Shown here: positions 48,008 through 58,021 of the stretch, piece after piece
Position numbering within the stretch: position 1 is the first letter of the stretch
Layout: every line of letters begins with the position of its first letter
Source of the DNA: Roseibacillus sp.
GTDB taxonomy: Bacteria; Verrucomicrobiota; Verrucomicrobiia; Verrucomicrobiales; Akkermansiaceae
Length of the DNA stretch: 64,000 nucleotides
Reading direction: 5' to 3'
NCBI GenBank assembly: GCA_051251855.1
Contig: JBPOGI010000001.1
Span: forward strand, 736,001 to 800,000
Made by a program: the position numbers and the translations under genes
The notes under the pieces: generated by a model
The model's input: the letters and a program-made list of their open reading frames with translations, nothing else
What the model was told of the DNA's origin: nothing
The model's database searches: none

Positions 48008-48956
48008 GGTTCTGCGAATTGGAATCACACTGCCTCCCAATCAGGGGGTCGGAACTGGGAATCTGCGGACTGCCCAGCGTTGGGTTAAGATTTTTGCTGA
48101 ACTCGGGCATGAGCCTCGCGTTTACGGCCCGAGTGACCTGCTGGATTGTGATGTTCTAGTGGCGCTGAATGCGGTGAAGAGTCATGAGGCAATTTCGCGA
48201 TTTCACTATCAGCAACCACGGGGAAAGTTGGTAGTGGCTGTTACTGGCACGGATATGAACCGTTCGGACTCGGAGGCTTGGAGGAATTCGATGGCTTGGG
48301 CCGATCGAGTAGTAGTGTTGCAAGGAGAGGCTCTCAAGTCGCTTAAGCCCGAGATGCGAAAGAAGGCGCAGGTTATCTTTCAGAGTGTTTCGCTTCCTGT
48401 TGGGCTTTCAACGAAGACGACTAGCGAAGGTTTTCAAGTTTGTGTGGTGGGTCACCTGAGGAAGGAAAAGGATCCGATGTTGACGGCGTTGGCTTCGCGG
48501 CTGTTAGATGAGGAGTCTGACGTGCGTGTCATACAGGTGGGTGCGATTTTGGAGAATCAATATTTAGAAGCGGTGGAAGTGGAGCGAGCCATGAATCCGC
48601 GCTATCAATGGTTGGGAGAGCTCCCTCAGCAAGAGACGTTGGAATTGATTTTGCAAAGCAATCTGATGGTTCTCTCTTCTTCTTCTGAGGGAGGCCCGGG
48701 GGTTGTAGGGGAAGCGGTAGTGGCGGGCACTCCGATCCTTTCGACACGCATCGACGGTGTCATTGGTTTGCTTGGAAAGGAATATCCCGGTTATTTTGAA
48801 GCGGGGGATGGAATGATGCTCTCTCAACTGTTGAAGAAGGCGGAGAGCGAACAGTCGTTTTATCGCAGTTTGAAAGAAGCGTGTGGACAAAAAAAGGAGC
48901 AGTTTTCAATTCAAAAGGAGACCGAGAGTTGGGAGGTCTTGTTGGAGGCGGTATGA
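48000..48956 (+). CDS. senB: SenB-like GT4 glycosyltransferase (selenosugar synthase family)
   Basis: GNLRTAQRW, VTGTD, VVLQ, VGHLRKEKDP, SEGG..V.EA, GLLG.EYPGYF match the TIGR04348/SenB family as I recall it. Confidence 0.72.
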   Translation: MAKVLRIGITLPPNQGVGTGNLRTAQRWVKIFAELGHEPRVYGPSDLLDCDVLVALNAVKSHEAISRFHYQQPRGKLVVAVTGTDMNRSDSEAWRNSMAWADRVVVLQGEALKSLKPEMRKKAQVIFQSVSLPVGLSTKTTSEGFQVCVVGHLRKEKDPMLTALASRLLDEESDVRVIQVGAILENQYLEAVEVERAMNPRYQWLGELPQQETLELILQSNLMVLSSSSEGGPGVVGEAVVAGTPILSTRIDGVIGLLGKEYPGYFEAGDGMMLSQLLKKAESEQSFYRSLKEACGQKKEQFSIQKETESWEVLLEAV

Positions 48957-48997
48957 TTTCAAGTTGTTCACTCCGAGACACTTTTTTCAGGCCCTTT

Positions 48998-51900
48998 CTA
49001 TTCGGATGAAGCTTCGGCTGGTAGAAGCTGGTGTCGATAGAACCTCTTGTTTGCTGGGTCGTTACTTGAATTTTGATTATCGAAGGCAGAAACTAGCATC
49101 TGGTGGGGGCTGCCGGGAGTCATTGATTTGAAAACAGAAAGAGGGTTCCAGTGGACGAGGTCATCTGAAAATTCAACAGAGAGTATCCACTCATTCTCAA
49201 CGTCGTTTCTAGTATTTGCGCTAAAGTTGTAGGGGTAGTATGAGTAGTCGTTAAAGTGAAATACTTCTAAGCGGGAGTATGGGGCTTCTCCATCCGCAAT
49301 ATCGTAAAAGAACTGAGGGATATTGTTGGAGTCGCTCGTTAAGGGCTCAGTTCCAAAATACCATTCCTCGAGGTTTGAGAGTTGATCCCGGTCGGGGTTT
49401 TCAGTCTGGCTGTCCTCAGAAAGTCCACGTGATGAAGCCCACTCTGAGTAGTTGGGTGACGAAGTGATTGGAAGGTTTTTGAGCCAAAGAAGCGATCCGC
49501 TTACGATGGAGGAGAGGAGCACGTCATTTCTACCGTCTTGGTCGAGATCGTGGATAAGTAAATCCTCGGGAGCAACAAGATTGGTGGGAACGTAGATGGT
49601 TTCGCCTAGGGATCCTTCTCCAGTATTCAACGCCATCCGAAATCCATAGTCTATAATTTCGAAATAAGTATGGATTTGTGAGGATCGGATTCCAAAAACA
49701 AAATCGTCTAGACCATCTCCGTTAAGGTCTCCCGTGGCGATGGCAGTTTGAGCTGCTGATTGGAATTCAAGCGAAGCGATAGTGTAGCCCTGCCCAGTTC
49801 CCCAGTCGGGAAGGACCACGACCTCACAATAGTCGGGATAGGGTCTCTGGTCTTCAGGTTGATTTTTAAGGAAGATGAGATCGGGGATACCATTGTTGTC
49901 CATGTTGGCTCTGAGGAGCGGGCCCGCTTTGGGAGCGTACGAGCTGGTCAAAGCCTCAACACTGAATGTTCTGTCGCCATTGTTGCGATACAAGACAGGT
50001 CCGTTACCAAGAATGGAAAGGCTCATGAAGATATCCAAGTCGCCATCGTTGTCTGGGTCTGCTACCAGAACTTGATGAGGTTCAATCCAATTTGTAGTGT
50101 ATCTTCCTAACCCTCCGTCACTCTCGATCCAGTAGGGAACAAGACTAATCACTGAAGACCCTGATGAACCTCCAAATCGGCAGACAATGACTCCTTGGTT
50201 AGAATCGATTTCGAGGAGGTCTGGCAAAAGGTCTTGATCGAAATCGGCGACAGCGAGGGTGTGGGGCGGAAAAAGCCCCGAACCACTCGAATTACTTAGG
50301 TCGTGAGACTGTTCGAGAGAGGTGGAGTTGAAGTGTGATTTTTGGTATACTTCATAAGTTTGGTTGAAGAAGGAACTATACGATCCTTGATTCGTCGTCA
50401 CCAGTGGGTGGGGTCTATCTCCTAAGTGCAGTTCTCTGGTGAGACTAGATCCTCGAAATCCGTCAAGATTCATTGGGGCGAGGCTGTGAGATGGGAATGA
50501 AGAACTACTGCGCCAAGTCAATAACTCTGAAGAGTTAACGGTATTGAGAGCAACGAGGTCAGGGGTGTTGTCTTCATCTGTATGGGTGATGATCATCTTG
50601 CCCGGGAAGAAAGCAGAGTTAATCTGGAGTGGGGCTCGGAAGTTCGCGGAGGGATATCTAAGGCAGATGGGTAAGGAAGGGTCACAGGGAGGAAATGCAT
50701 CTCGATCTGAGAAAGCGATCACCTCGGGAGAAAGGGATTCGTTGATTCTGATGAAGTCACTCGAATCTTGGACAAAGATAGACACTACGAGTTCATCGAA
50801 TCCATCTTCGTCTAGATCATGTGTCGCGATCAGCTGCAGAGGGGTATCTTGGAGCTTGTCAGTTGAAGGAGGATAGAAAAGAGAACTCTCCTGAAGTTTG
50901 ATGATATTGGATTCACTGGGATGAGTGAGATCGTGTTCAACAATAAACATTTCTTCCGAAAGAGGAAACGAGACAAGGAGTTCTTGCTCAGGATCGAGAT
51001 CGAAGTTACCGGCCACGACGGAAGTAGGAAGTTGGTAGTATCGTTGAGAAGTGACGTCTTCTACTTCACTAGCAGAGACTTGCCAAAGCTGGGTGAGATT
51101 CCCGTCGGGGCCTAGTTTCTGGGCGCTCACAGTTTGGGGGGTCGTATTTGAAGCGTGTGTTAGAAACTCGGGAAAAGAATCTCCATCGAGGTCGATGGGA
51201 GTTATTTCGAGAATGCTCGTATCCGGGAGTTCACTGAGTTGCCATTGATTTTGAGCGAGATCATATACGAGGGTATGAGCCTTGGTTTCAGGATCGGAAC
51301 CGTCGTTGGGGAAGGGTGAAGAGATGTCATGAAAAGAGGCCATGAGCTCAGTTTGGTCCGAGCTGTTAGTGAAGGAGTGCCGATGATGAATCGTGAAGGA
51401 ACCGCTCTCGATGGGAGGGGAGGCGAAGGTTGGAACCTTGAGGGTAAATTGTCCGAGCGAAGTTTGAAGCGCTGGAAGAAGGTTGAGAGTGTTGTAGGAT
51501 TCGTAAAGAACGGTGCTGCGCTTCTGAAAGAGAAGGTCGTCGCGCCCATCTTGGTCGAAATCTAGAGGGATACATGGTGGGGTCTTCTCATCAATACTGG
51601 CGAGAATAGTGAACTCGTCGGGCAATGTCAGCAGGAGGCCTTGGAAAAGAGGGGGCTGGTTAGCCTTCAATTCCCACCAAAGAATGGAGGTGCCGTCCTG
51701 AACCACGAGGTCCTTTTGTTCATCTGCACCAATTCTGAGCAAAGTCATTGCACGAAAAGAGGGAGGGTCAGAAAATTGGAAAAGAGTGATGGGCTCGGAA
51801 ACTCCTGTCGCTGTCTGGTAAATGAGCGTGAGGCGATGTTTGAGCCTGTCGAGGATGACAAAATCAGGTCGAGAATCGTTCTCGGCTGCACTGTTATTCC

Positions 51901-52042
51901 AGTCGAACACCAAGACTTGGTTGGCTGAAACGGTAGGAGAAAGGTCTTCGGGGAAATCGAAGCCAAAGTCTAAATTGGACGCTCCGGCGCATGATGCTCG
52001 CACGATGAAAAGGGCAGCGATGAAGAGAAGGCAGGTTTTCAT
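48998..52042 (-). CDS. Secreted FG-GAP/VCBS-repeat protein with shared C-terminal domain
   Basis: Repeated D.D.DG..D motifs (DFDQDGRDDL, DLDGDSFPE, DPDNDGDLD, DLNGDGLDD, DLDQDGRND); signal peptide after ATG 52042. Confidence 0.82.
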   Translation of the reverse strand: MKTCLLFIAALFIVRASCAGASNLDFGFDFPEDLSPTVSANQVLVFDWNNSAAENDSRPDFVILDRLKHRLTLIYQTATGVSEPITLFQFSDPPSFRAMTLLRIGADEQKDLVVQDGTSILWWELKANQPPLFQGLLLTLPDEFTILASIDEKTPPCIPLDFDQDGRDDLLFQKRSTVLYESYNTLNLLPALQTSLGQFTLKVPTFASPPIESGSFTIHHRHSFTNSSDQTELMASFHDISSPFPNDGSDPETKAHTLVYDLAQNQWQLSELPDTSILEITPIDLDGDSFPEFLTHASNTTPQTVSAQKLGPDGNLTQLWQVSASEVEDVTSQRYYQLPTSVVAGNFDLDPEQELLVSFPLSEEMFIVEHDLTHPSESNIIKLQESSLFYPPSTDKLQDTPLQLIATHDLDEDGFDELVVSIFVQDSSDFIRINESLSPEVIAFSDRDAFPPCDPSLPICLRYPSANFRAPLQINSAFFPGKMIITHTDEDNTPDLVALNTVNSSELLTWRSSSSFPSHSLAPMNLDGFRGSSLTRELHLGDRPHPLVTTNQGSYSSFFNQTYEVYQKSHFNSTSLEQSHDLSNSSGSGLFPPHTLAVADFDQDLLPDLLEIDSNQGVIVCRFGGSSGSSVISLVPYWIESDGGLGRYTTNWIEPHQVLVADPDNDGDLDIFMSLSILGNGPVLYRNNGDRTFSVEALTSSYAPKAGPLLRANMDNNGIPDLIFLKNQPEDQRPYPDYCEVVVLPDWGTGQGYTIASLEFQSAAQTAIATGDLNGDGLDDFVFGIRSSQIHTYFEIIDYGFRMALNTGEGSLGETIYVPTNLVAPEDLLIHDLDQDGRNDVLLSSIVSGSLLWLKNLPITSSPNYSEWASSRGLSEDSQTENPDRDQLSNLEEWYFGTEPLTSDSNNIPQFFYDIADGEAPYSRLEVFHFNDYSYYPYNFSANTRNDVENEWILSVEFSDDLVHWNPLSVFKSMTPGSPHQMLVSAFDNQNSSNDPANKRFYRHQLLPAEASSE

Positions 52043-52174
52043 TGAGGTATAAATCGCTGAAGAACTATTTCGGCTATGTGGCCTAGATTTCAATCACAGC
52101 TCAACGGCTAGATTGAGGGAACCTGTCTGGTAATCAAGTCGATAGTATTCGGGTCTTCCCCATGAAATATTGAA

Positions 52175-52205
52175 ACCGTTTGGCCAGACGGGGAGACCAA
52201 ACGGT
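52175..52205 (-). terminator. Probable intrinsic terminator of the export/DUF1080 operon
   Basis: 9-bp stem accgtttgg/ccaaacggt ~34 nt after the 52239 stop, followed by a T-rich stretch on the minus strand. Confidence 0.45.
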
Positions 52206-52238
52206 ATCAGGTAGAAAAAATTGAACGGGCGTTGCGGG

Positions 52239-52946
52239 CTAGCTTTCCTTCAGTGGTGAAAGGGTCAGGCCCTTAAATTCGACTTCGGAGCCTTCGGCTT
52301 GGAGGGCGATCTGGCCTTTGGTGGCGGTGCTTTTGGCGCCGTGGTTGACGAGGTCGTCGTTGACCCAGACTTTGACTTCGTCTCCTTGGCACTCGATGAC
52401 CATTTTGTTCCATTCGCCTACTGGTTTCTCAGAGTCGTCGGTGAGATTGAGAATACGTCGTGCGTCTTTCGCTGTTCCTCCGAATTCTTGGTCTTCGGAT
52501 TTTTTAGGACGACGTTCTTCCATATTTTCGACTTCAATATTTTCAGCAATACACCAGAAGTCGCCGGCGTTTTGGTGCATCATCTGAACTTCGATAGAGG
52601 CAGGGAACATTTTATAAAGAGCGCGAGGGGTGGAGGCGTGGACAAGGACCCCGCAGTTGCCAGGTTTGCCTGCAAAGCGATACTCAAGCTCTAGGCGGTA
52701 GTCTTGATAGATGGCATCGGTAATAAGATGGCCCTTGGGGTTTCCGAGGCTGACGAGGAGTCCATCACGCACAACAAAGCTCGCTTCGATTTCCGGATTT
52801 TTGTCGGCCTTAGGGACGTCTACATGCCAACCAGTGAGATCGGTTCCATTGAAGAGGGCGATAGGCTTGGCGGTGGCTTCTTGGTCGGCGAAGAGAACGC
52901 TTGAAAGCGAACAAAGCAAGAGAGGGAGGAGTTGTTTATGTTTCAT
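52239..52946 (-). CDS. DUF1080 (3-keto-disaccharide hydrolase family) secreted protein
   Basis: LFNGTDLTGW, GNCGV, EVQ, EKPVGEWN and IALQAEG. Confidence 0.88.
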   Translation of the reverse strand: MKHKQLLPLLLCSLSSVLFADQEATAKPIALFNGTDLTGWHVDVPKADKNPEIEASFVVRDGLLVSLGNPKGHLITDAIYQDYRLELEYRFAGKPGNCGVLVHASTPRALYKMFPASIEVQMMHQNAGDFWCIAENIEVENMEERRPKKSEDQEFGGTAKDARRILNLTDDSEKPVGEWNKMVIECQGDEVKVWVNDDLVNHGAKSTATKGQIALQAEGSEVEFKGLTLSPLKES

Positions 52947-52967
52947 AGTTGGTGAAGTTTGACTGGA

Positions 52968-53516
52968 TTAGCTTCGGGTCATAAAGGGGTCAGTGGAGCC
53001 CACATGGATGCCGCTGGCATTAATGAGAAGGTTTTCGGCATTGGAGCCTTCGGCGACTTCGCCGACGACGGTGAGAGTGGTGAGTTCCTGCATGCCACCC
53101 AGCCACTTGAGACCTTCTTTGATGACGCTGCCGTTTTCGTCGAGAATTTGAATGGTGGCAGTGGATGTTTTGATGACTTCGGGGTCATCACAGCAGACGT
53201 CCCAAGGAGTTTGGCAGCCGTCGTCGTGATTGCGATTGCAGGGAGTGATTTTGGTGGGGTCGCCGAGAACGACCATGGCGCGGCTATCGATGAAGGGTTC
53301 CATACGGCCCATGATTTCGCCGGTGACGGTGATTGGGGTCCCCGGGGTGGGATTGGCGAAGGCATCGGCTACGGAGATAGCGTCGGCGGGCAGCTCAGTG
53401 AGGAGAACGCTTTTCAAGGGGTTGACTGACGTTTCCTCGGAGACAGGCTCAATCTTTTTACAGGAGTTGAGAGCGACAAGGGAGCAGATTCCAGCAAGGA
53501 GGAGTGATGTTTTCAT
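52968..53516 (-). CDS. Lipoprotein with Cys-cluster motif (possible OB fold)
   Basis: Lipobox LNSC; PCNRNHDDGCQTPWDVCCD. Confidence 0.7.
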   Translation of the reverse strand: MKTSLLLAGICSLVALNSCKKIEPVSEETSVNPLKSVLLTELPADAISVADAFANPTPGTPITVTGEIMGRMEPFIDSRAMVVLGDPTKITPCNRNHDDGCQTPWDVCCDDPEVIKTSTATIQILDENGSVIKEGLKWLGGMQELTTLTVVGEVAEGSNAENLLINASGIHVGSTDPFMTRS

Positions 53517-53543
53517 TTTTATTGTTACGTTTAGTTTTGAGAA

Positions 53544-54692
53544 TTATTGCGAGCGAAGAGCTTTTGGCAAGGAGGGGGCGAGAGTGCGAAAGGCGGGGGG
53601 GAGAGTGCCGACCGTTCCGAGGAGGGTACCGGTTATCAGGCCAACGAGGATGACGGCGGGGGTGAGAGCGAGGGAGAAGGTGCCGACGGAGAGGGAGACG
53701 ACGCGACCCTCGATGAGGAAGAAGGCAATGAGAAAGGCGATGAGGGTTCCTGCGAGGGTGGCAAGGAGGGATTCTTGTAGGAGTGATACGAGGAGGGCTT
53801 TACGGTTGTAGCCGATGGCTTGCAGGGTGGCCATTTCGCGAATGCGGGAGGCGAAGGCGGCGTAGAGGGTGTTGAGTCCGCCGAAGATGGCTCCAGCGGC
53901 GACGAGGCCGGCAGTGAGCCAGGTCATGACTTTGATAGGGCCGTAGAACTGGGCGAGTTTTTCGAAGTAGCGGTCTTCGCGAATGGCGGCAAGCTCGAGG
54001 TCGTTGCGTTGCAAGGCGAAGACTTCGAGGTCTTCGGCTTCGGCGCTGTCGATGCGGACGAGCACGGTGGAGAGGCTGTCGCGTTGGGTGAGGGTGGCGA
54101 GGTCGTTGCGGTCGAGCCAGACTTCGGATTCGAGCACGGTGCCGGGGGCGGCGAAAGTGCCCGCGATGCGAAAGTCTTGGCCTTCAAAGTGGAGGAGGGC
54201 TCCGTTGGCGAGTTCGCTTTCAGGCACGCCGAGGGCGCGATGGGTGAGGCGGCCTACGATGACTTCACCGGGACCGGGGAAGTGGCCGGTGAGGAGTTGC
54301 ACTTCGGGACGGACGAGGAGGCTGGGAGGCAGAACGCCGCGATAGTAGGCTTGAGCTTCGTGGCCGGAGGAGGTTTTGAGAGGGGCTTGGTAAACGATCT
54401 CGCCTGCGACGGCGACTTGGCCGAGGCTCTCGGAAAGACCGCGCACGGAGGTGGCGACGGCGGATTCGGAGGCGAGGGGGATTTCGGAACGCTCGATGGA
54501 TTCTTCGGAGCCTTTGCTAACGAGCATTACGTTTTTGGGTGAGCCGGAGGAGGTAAGAACGCTATCCATTCCATTGTTGAACGCTACTGCTGCAATCAGC
54601 AGGAGCACTACGAGAGCGGAACCACCTACCGTTTGGAGAAGGCGACCGGGGTCGCGGAGGAGGTTGCGGACAGCGTAGGTGAAGGGAAGCAT
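53544..54692 (-). CDS. ABC transporter permease, MacB/FtsX family
   Basis: YAVRNLLR, TM helix, periplasmic domain, RIREMATLQAIGY, three further TM helices. Confidence 0.88.
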   Translation of the reverse strand: MLPFTYAVRNLLRDPGRLLQTVGGSALVVLLLIAAVAFNNGMDSVLTSSGSPKNVMLVSKGSEESIERSEIPLASESAVATSVRGLSESLGQVAVAGEIVYQAPLKTSSGHEAQAYYRGVLPPSLLVRPEVQLLTGHFPGPGEVIVGRLTHRALGVPESELANGALLHFEGQDFRIAGTFAAPGTVLESEVWLDRNDLATLTQRDSLSTVLVRIDSAEAEDLEVFALQRNDLELAAIREDRYFEKLAQFYGPIKVMTWLTAGLVAAGAIFGGLNTLYAAFASRIREMATLQAIGYNRKALLVSLLQESLLATLAGTLIAFLIAFFLIEGRVVSLSVGTFSLALTPAVILVGLITGTLLGTVGTLPPAFRTLAPSLPKALRSQ

Positions 54693-54695
54693 GGC

Positions 54696-55832
54696 TTAGG
54701 AGTTGAGGGAGTCGACGAGGGGGCGGGCGGTGGCTTGCCAAGCAGGAAAGACGGAGGCGAGGAGCCCCATAAGAAAGGCGACGAGGAGCCCTTGCCCTTG
54801 CACGGTGAGAGAGGTCTCGAGAGCGAGGGTGACTCCTTCGTTGCCGAGGGTGAAACTTTTGAAATGAAAGAACAAGGCTGAGGAGATAACTCCGAGGAGT
54901 CCGCCGGCGAGTCCAAGGATGATGCCTTCGATGGCGACAAGGGCTCCGATAGCGGGGCGACTGAAGCCGAGGGTTTGGAGGATGGCGGTTTCCTTGACGC
55001 GGCCTCGGACGACGAGGAGGACGGCATTGGCGAGAAGACCTAGGACGGCGACGACGGCACCAAGTCCGAGCCAGCGAGTGAAGCCGATGAGTTCGATCAT
55101 TTGTTTGGCAGTTTCGGCGAAGAAGGCTTGTTCTGGGCGGGTGCGGGTGGGTTGTTGGTCTGATTGAAAAGTCTCGTCGATGGTGGCGGCGACGGTTTCG
55201 AGTTGGTCGGCGGATTCAACTTTGACGTTGAATTGGGTGACGATTCCGAGACCGACGCGGGAAGCTTGTTGGAGGAAGGGCAGATGGACGTAGGCGACGT
55301 TGTTGTCTTGGGGAGAGCTGGAGCGGATGATGCCATTGACCACGACCTTGACCCCGACGGCTTCGAAGGTGTCACCGACTTTAAGAGAGCGGCGCTGGGC
55401 AAAATTCTGACCAACGAGGGCGCCATCGGTGCGTTTTTCAAAGTCTTCGAAGGAGCCGCTGATGACTTCGAGGTCTTCGGTGTAGCTTTTGAGAGTTTCG
55501 GGTGGGACGCCACGGAAAGTGATGACGTCGAGGGAAGCTCCGCAGTTGTTGACCGCGATTTGGATAGGGATGACTTCGCGTACGCCGGGGATATCCTCAA
55601 TGGTGGAGGCGTAGTGTTCGGGAAGGCGGGAGGTGCTGGGGCAAAAGCGGTTTTCACGGAAGACGACAAGAGTGGTTTCGTCGGCGCTGGCCTGGGTAGA
55701 GGATTCGAGGGAGTGCTGCATCGTTTCTACGGAGCTGTAGAGAAACATTCCGGCCGCAACACCGAGGATGGTGAGGAGGGACCGCAGGCGATGGCGGGTG
55801 ATGTTCTTGAGGGCGAGGGAGAGAAGTTTCAT
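54696..55832 (-). CDS. ABC transporter permease, MacB/FtsX family
   Basis: KNITRHRLRSLLT, ENRFCP and RVKETAILQTLGF. Confidence 0.88.
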   Translation of the reverse strand: MKLLSLALKNITRHRLRSLLTILGVAAGMFLYSSVETMQHSLESSTQASADETTLVVFRENRFCPSTSRLPEHYASTIEDIPGVREVIPIQIAVNNCGASLDVITFRGVPPETLKSYTEDLEVISGSFEDFEKRTDGALVGQNFAQRRSLKVGDTFEAVGVKVVVNGIIRSSSPQDNNVAYVHLPFLQQASRVGLGIVTQFNVKVESADQLETVAATIDETFQSDQQPTRTRPEQAFFAETAKQMIELIGFTRWLGLGAVVAVLGLLANAVLLVVRGRVKETAILQTLGFSRPAIGALVAIEGIILGLAGGLLGVISSALFFHFKSFTLGNEGVTLALETSLTVQGQGLLVAFLMGLLASVFPAWQATARPLVDSLNS

Positions 55833-56515
55833 GAGGCGTGGGCGGTGACGAGTTGGCCTTTTTCAAGGTGAAGGGTGCGCTTGGCGGCGGCGGCGGCTTT
55901 GGGGTCGTGGGTGACCATGACGATGGTTTTACCATGGTCATCGGCGAGGCTAGAGAGGAGGGCGAGAATGGAGTCGGCTGATTCGCGGTCGAGGTCTCCG
56001 GTTGGTTCGTCGGCGACGAGGAGGCTGGGGTTGTGGACGATGGCGCGTGCGATAGCCACGCGTTGTTCTTGGCCACCCGAGAGTTCAGTGGGGCGGTGGT
56101 TGGCGCGGTCGGCGAGGCCCACGAGCTCGAGGGCGGAGTTCACCTTCTCGCGGCGCTCGGCTTTGCTAAGTTTGGTGAGGAGGAGGGGGAGCTCGACGTT
56201 TTCGAAGGCCGAGAGGATAGGGACGAGGTGATAGAGTTGGAAAATGTAGCCCACGTGTCTGGACCGCCACTTGGCGAGTTGAGCGCGGGAGAGTTTGGCA
56301 ACGTCATTGTTGTCGATGTGGAGGGAACCTGAGGTGGGCGAGTCGATGCCAGCCACGAGGTTGAGGAGGGTGGTTTTTCCTGAGCCAGAGGGTCCCATGA
56401 GGGCGAGGAAGTCTCCTTTTTCCACTGTAAGAGTGAGTCCCTCCAAGGGAGTGATGGTGACCTTGCCCTTGCTGTAGGATTTGGAGAGATCTTTGATTTC
56501 GATGAAGGCGGACAT
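55829..56515 (-). CDS. ABC transporter ATP-binding protein (LolD/MacB-like)
   Basis: [32 protein letters not shown] and VTHD. Confidence 0.93.
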   Translation of the reverse strand: MSAFIEIKDLSKSYSKGKVTITPLEGLTLTVEKGDFLALMGPSGSGKTTLLNLVAGIDSPTSGSLHIDNNDVAKLSRAQLAKWRSRHVGYIFQLYHLVPILSAFENVELPLLLTKLSKAERREKVNSALELVGLADRANHRPTELSGGQEQRVAIARAIVHNPSLLVADEPTGDLDRESADSILALLSSLADDHGKTIVMVTHDPKAAAAAKRTLHLEKGQLVTAHAS

Positions 56516-56516
56516 G

Positions 56517-57917
56517 CTAGAGAGTGGTAGGGGGTGAGACGCGGGTGCCGGTCTTTAATTCGGTGAAGGGTGGAAGGATGACTTGTTCGCCGGAGCGGAG
56601 GCCGTCGCTGACTTCGCGGAAGCCCTCTTTGCTAGTGCTGCCGAGAGTGATGTTGCGGAGTTCTGCGGTGGCATTGGGGGTGACGACCCAAGCCTTAGCT
56701 TGTTGGTTGTTTACTTCGAAGAGTGCTTCTTCGGATACGAGGAGAAGAAGGCGTTCACTGCTAAGAGATTCTTCGTTTTGTTCGGTTGTGTCCGCTAGAG
56801 GAAGGGGGAAAAACTTTGCGCGCACGAGCATTTCGGGGCGGAGGCGATCGTCGGGGGTTTCGATAGCCACTTTGGCTTGGAGGGTGTTTCGGGCGAGATC
56901 GGCCTCGCCGGTGATGCGGGTGACGATGCCTTTCATGATGACATCGTTGAGAAGATCGGTGGTCAGCTCGACCTCTTGGCCGGGAGCGAGGGCGGCGGCC
57001 TCGTTGAGGGGGACGTCGATACGAGCCTGCATTTTGTCGGGTTGATAGATTTCGACGATGATGGCCGACTTGGGATCATCCATGTCGAGCATACGTTTCT
57101 TCCCCGGTTGAACGTGAAGGTGGAGTATCCGGCCGTCGATGGGAGAGGTGATGCGGTGACGATCGAATGCCAGTTTAGCGAGGTCACGGGTTGCTTCGGC
57201 TTCGAGAAAATCGTTTCCCATCGCGATGCGCTCGAAGTCGATGGTGGTGAGTTGAGCCTGAAGGCGGGGGATTTCGCTTTCGGCCTCGTTGACGAAGGCC
57301 TGCTGGCGATTGACTTGCAGAATAGCGGCGGTGACTTCGGAGAGGGAAATGGCACCTTCAGGAAGAGATTTGAGGCGGTTGGCGGTATCTTCGAGTTCGG
57401 CGAGGCGCGCTTTTTCGGCTTCGACCTTGGCGCGGGCAGTGGTGATGCGGGCGTTGGTCTCGGGGACGGAGGAACAATGGGCGGCAATGCGGGAACGGAT
57501 GGTATTCAGATTGCGATTTGCTTTTTCCAAGTTGAGCTTGGCTTCTTCATCTACGAGGGTGGCGAGGAGTTCGCCCTTCTTGACGGTTGCTCCTTCGAGA
57601 ACGTGGACTTCGGAGACGATGCCATTGACGAGCGCGGGGACTTGAATGGAATAAGGGTCGGGCTCGAGCCAGCCTGAAGCTTGGAAGAGGAGATCGCGTG
57701 ACTGGGAGCTGTTAGAGGTAGAAGAACTGCTGCTGCGCAAGGTGACGACTTGGCTGGTGCGAACTTGAACTTTGGGCAGTAGGCGCTCGCCAAAAAGGAG
57801 GGCGAAGATGGCTACAAAACCGAGAAATAGGGCTGTTGGCAGAAGCCATCCAGGAAGACCTCGACGGGCAGATACCGGAGGTTGACTGGTAGAATTAGTG
57901 AGAGAAGAGAGTGACAT
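56517..57917 (-). CDS. Periplasmic adaptor (membrane fusion protein, MacA/HlyD-like)
   Basis: TM anchor, lipoyl half-motifs (V.EG..VKKG, ITSPIDG), long hairpin, LRPEM, GLRSGEQV. Confidence 0.88.
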   Translation of the reverse strand: MSLSSLTNSTSQPPVSARRGLPGWLLPTALFLGFVAIFALLFGERLLPKVQVRTSQVVTLRSSSSSTSNSSQSRDLLFQASGWLEPDPYSIQVPALVNGIVSEVHVLEGATVKKGELLATLVDEEAKLNLEKANRNLNTIRSRIAAHCSSVPETNARITTARAKVEAEKARLAELEDTANRLKSLPEGAISLSEVTAAILQVNRQQAFVNEAESEIPRLQAQLTTIDFERIAMGNDFLEAEATRDLAKLAFDRHRITSPIDGRILHLHVQPGKKRMLDMDDPKSAIIVEIYQPDKMQARIDVPLNEAAALAPGQEVELTTDLLNDVIMKGIVTRITGEADLARNTLQAKVAIETPDDRLRPEMLVRAKFFPLPLADTTEQNEESLSSERLLLLVSEEALFEVNNQQAKAWVVTPNATAELRNITLGSTSKEGFREVSDGLRSGEQVILPPFTELKTGTRVSPPTTL

Positions 57918-58021
57918 TGGAATACTTTGAATTCGACGGGACGGCTTGCCTTGAGCGCAACAGAAGAGCGTGAATGGCAATCAGGATTACAGCCTCGAGC
58001 GGTATCGAGGAGTCCGTGGAA

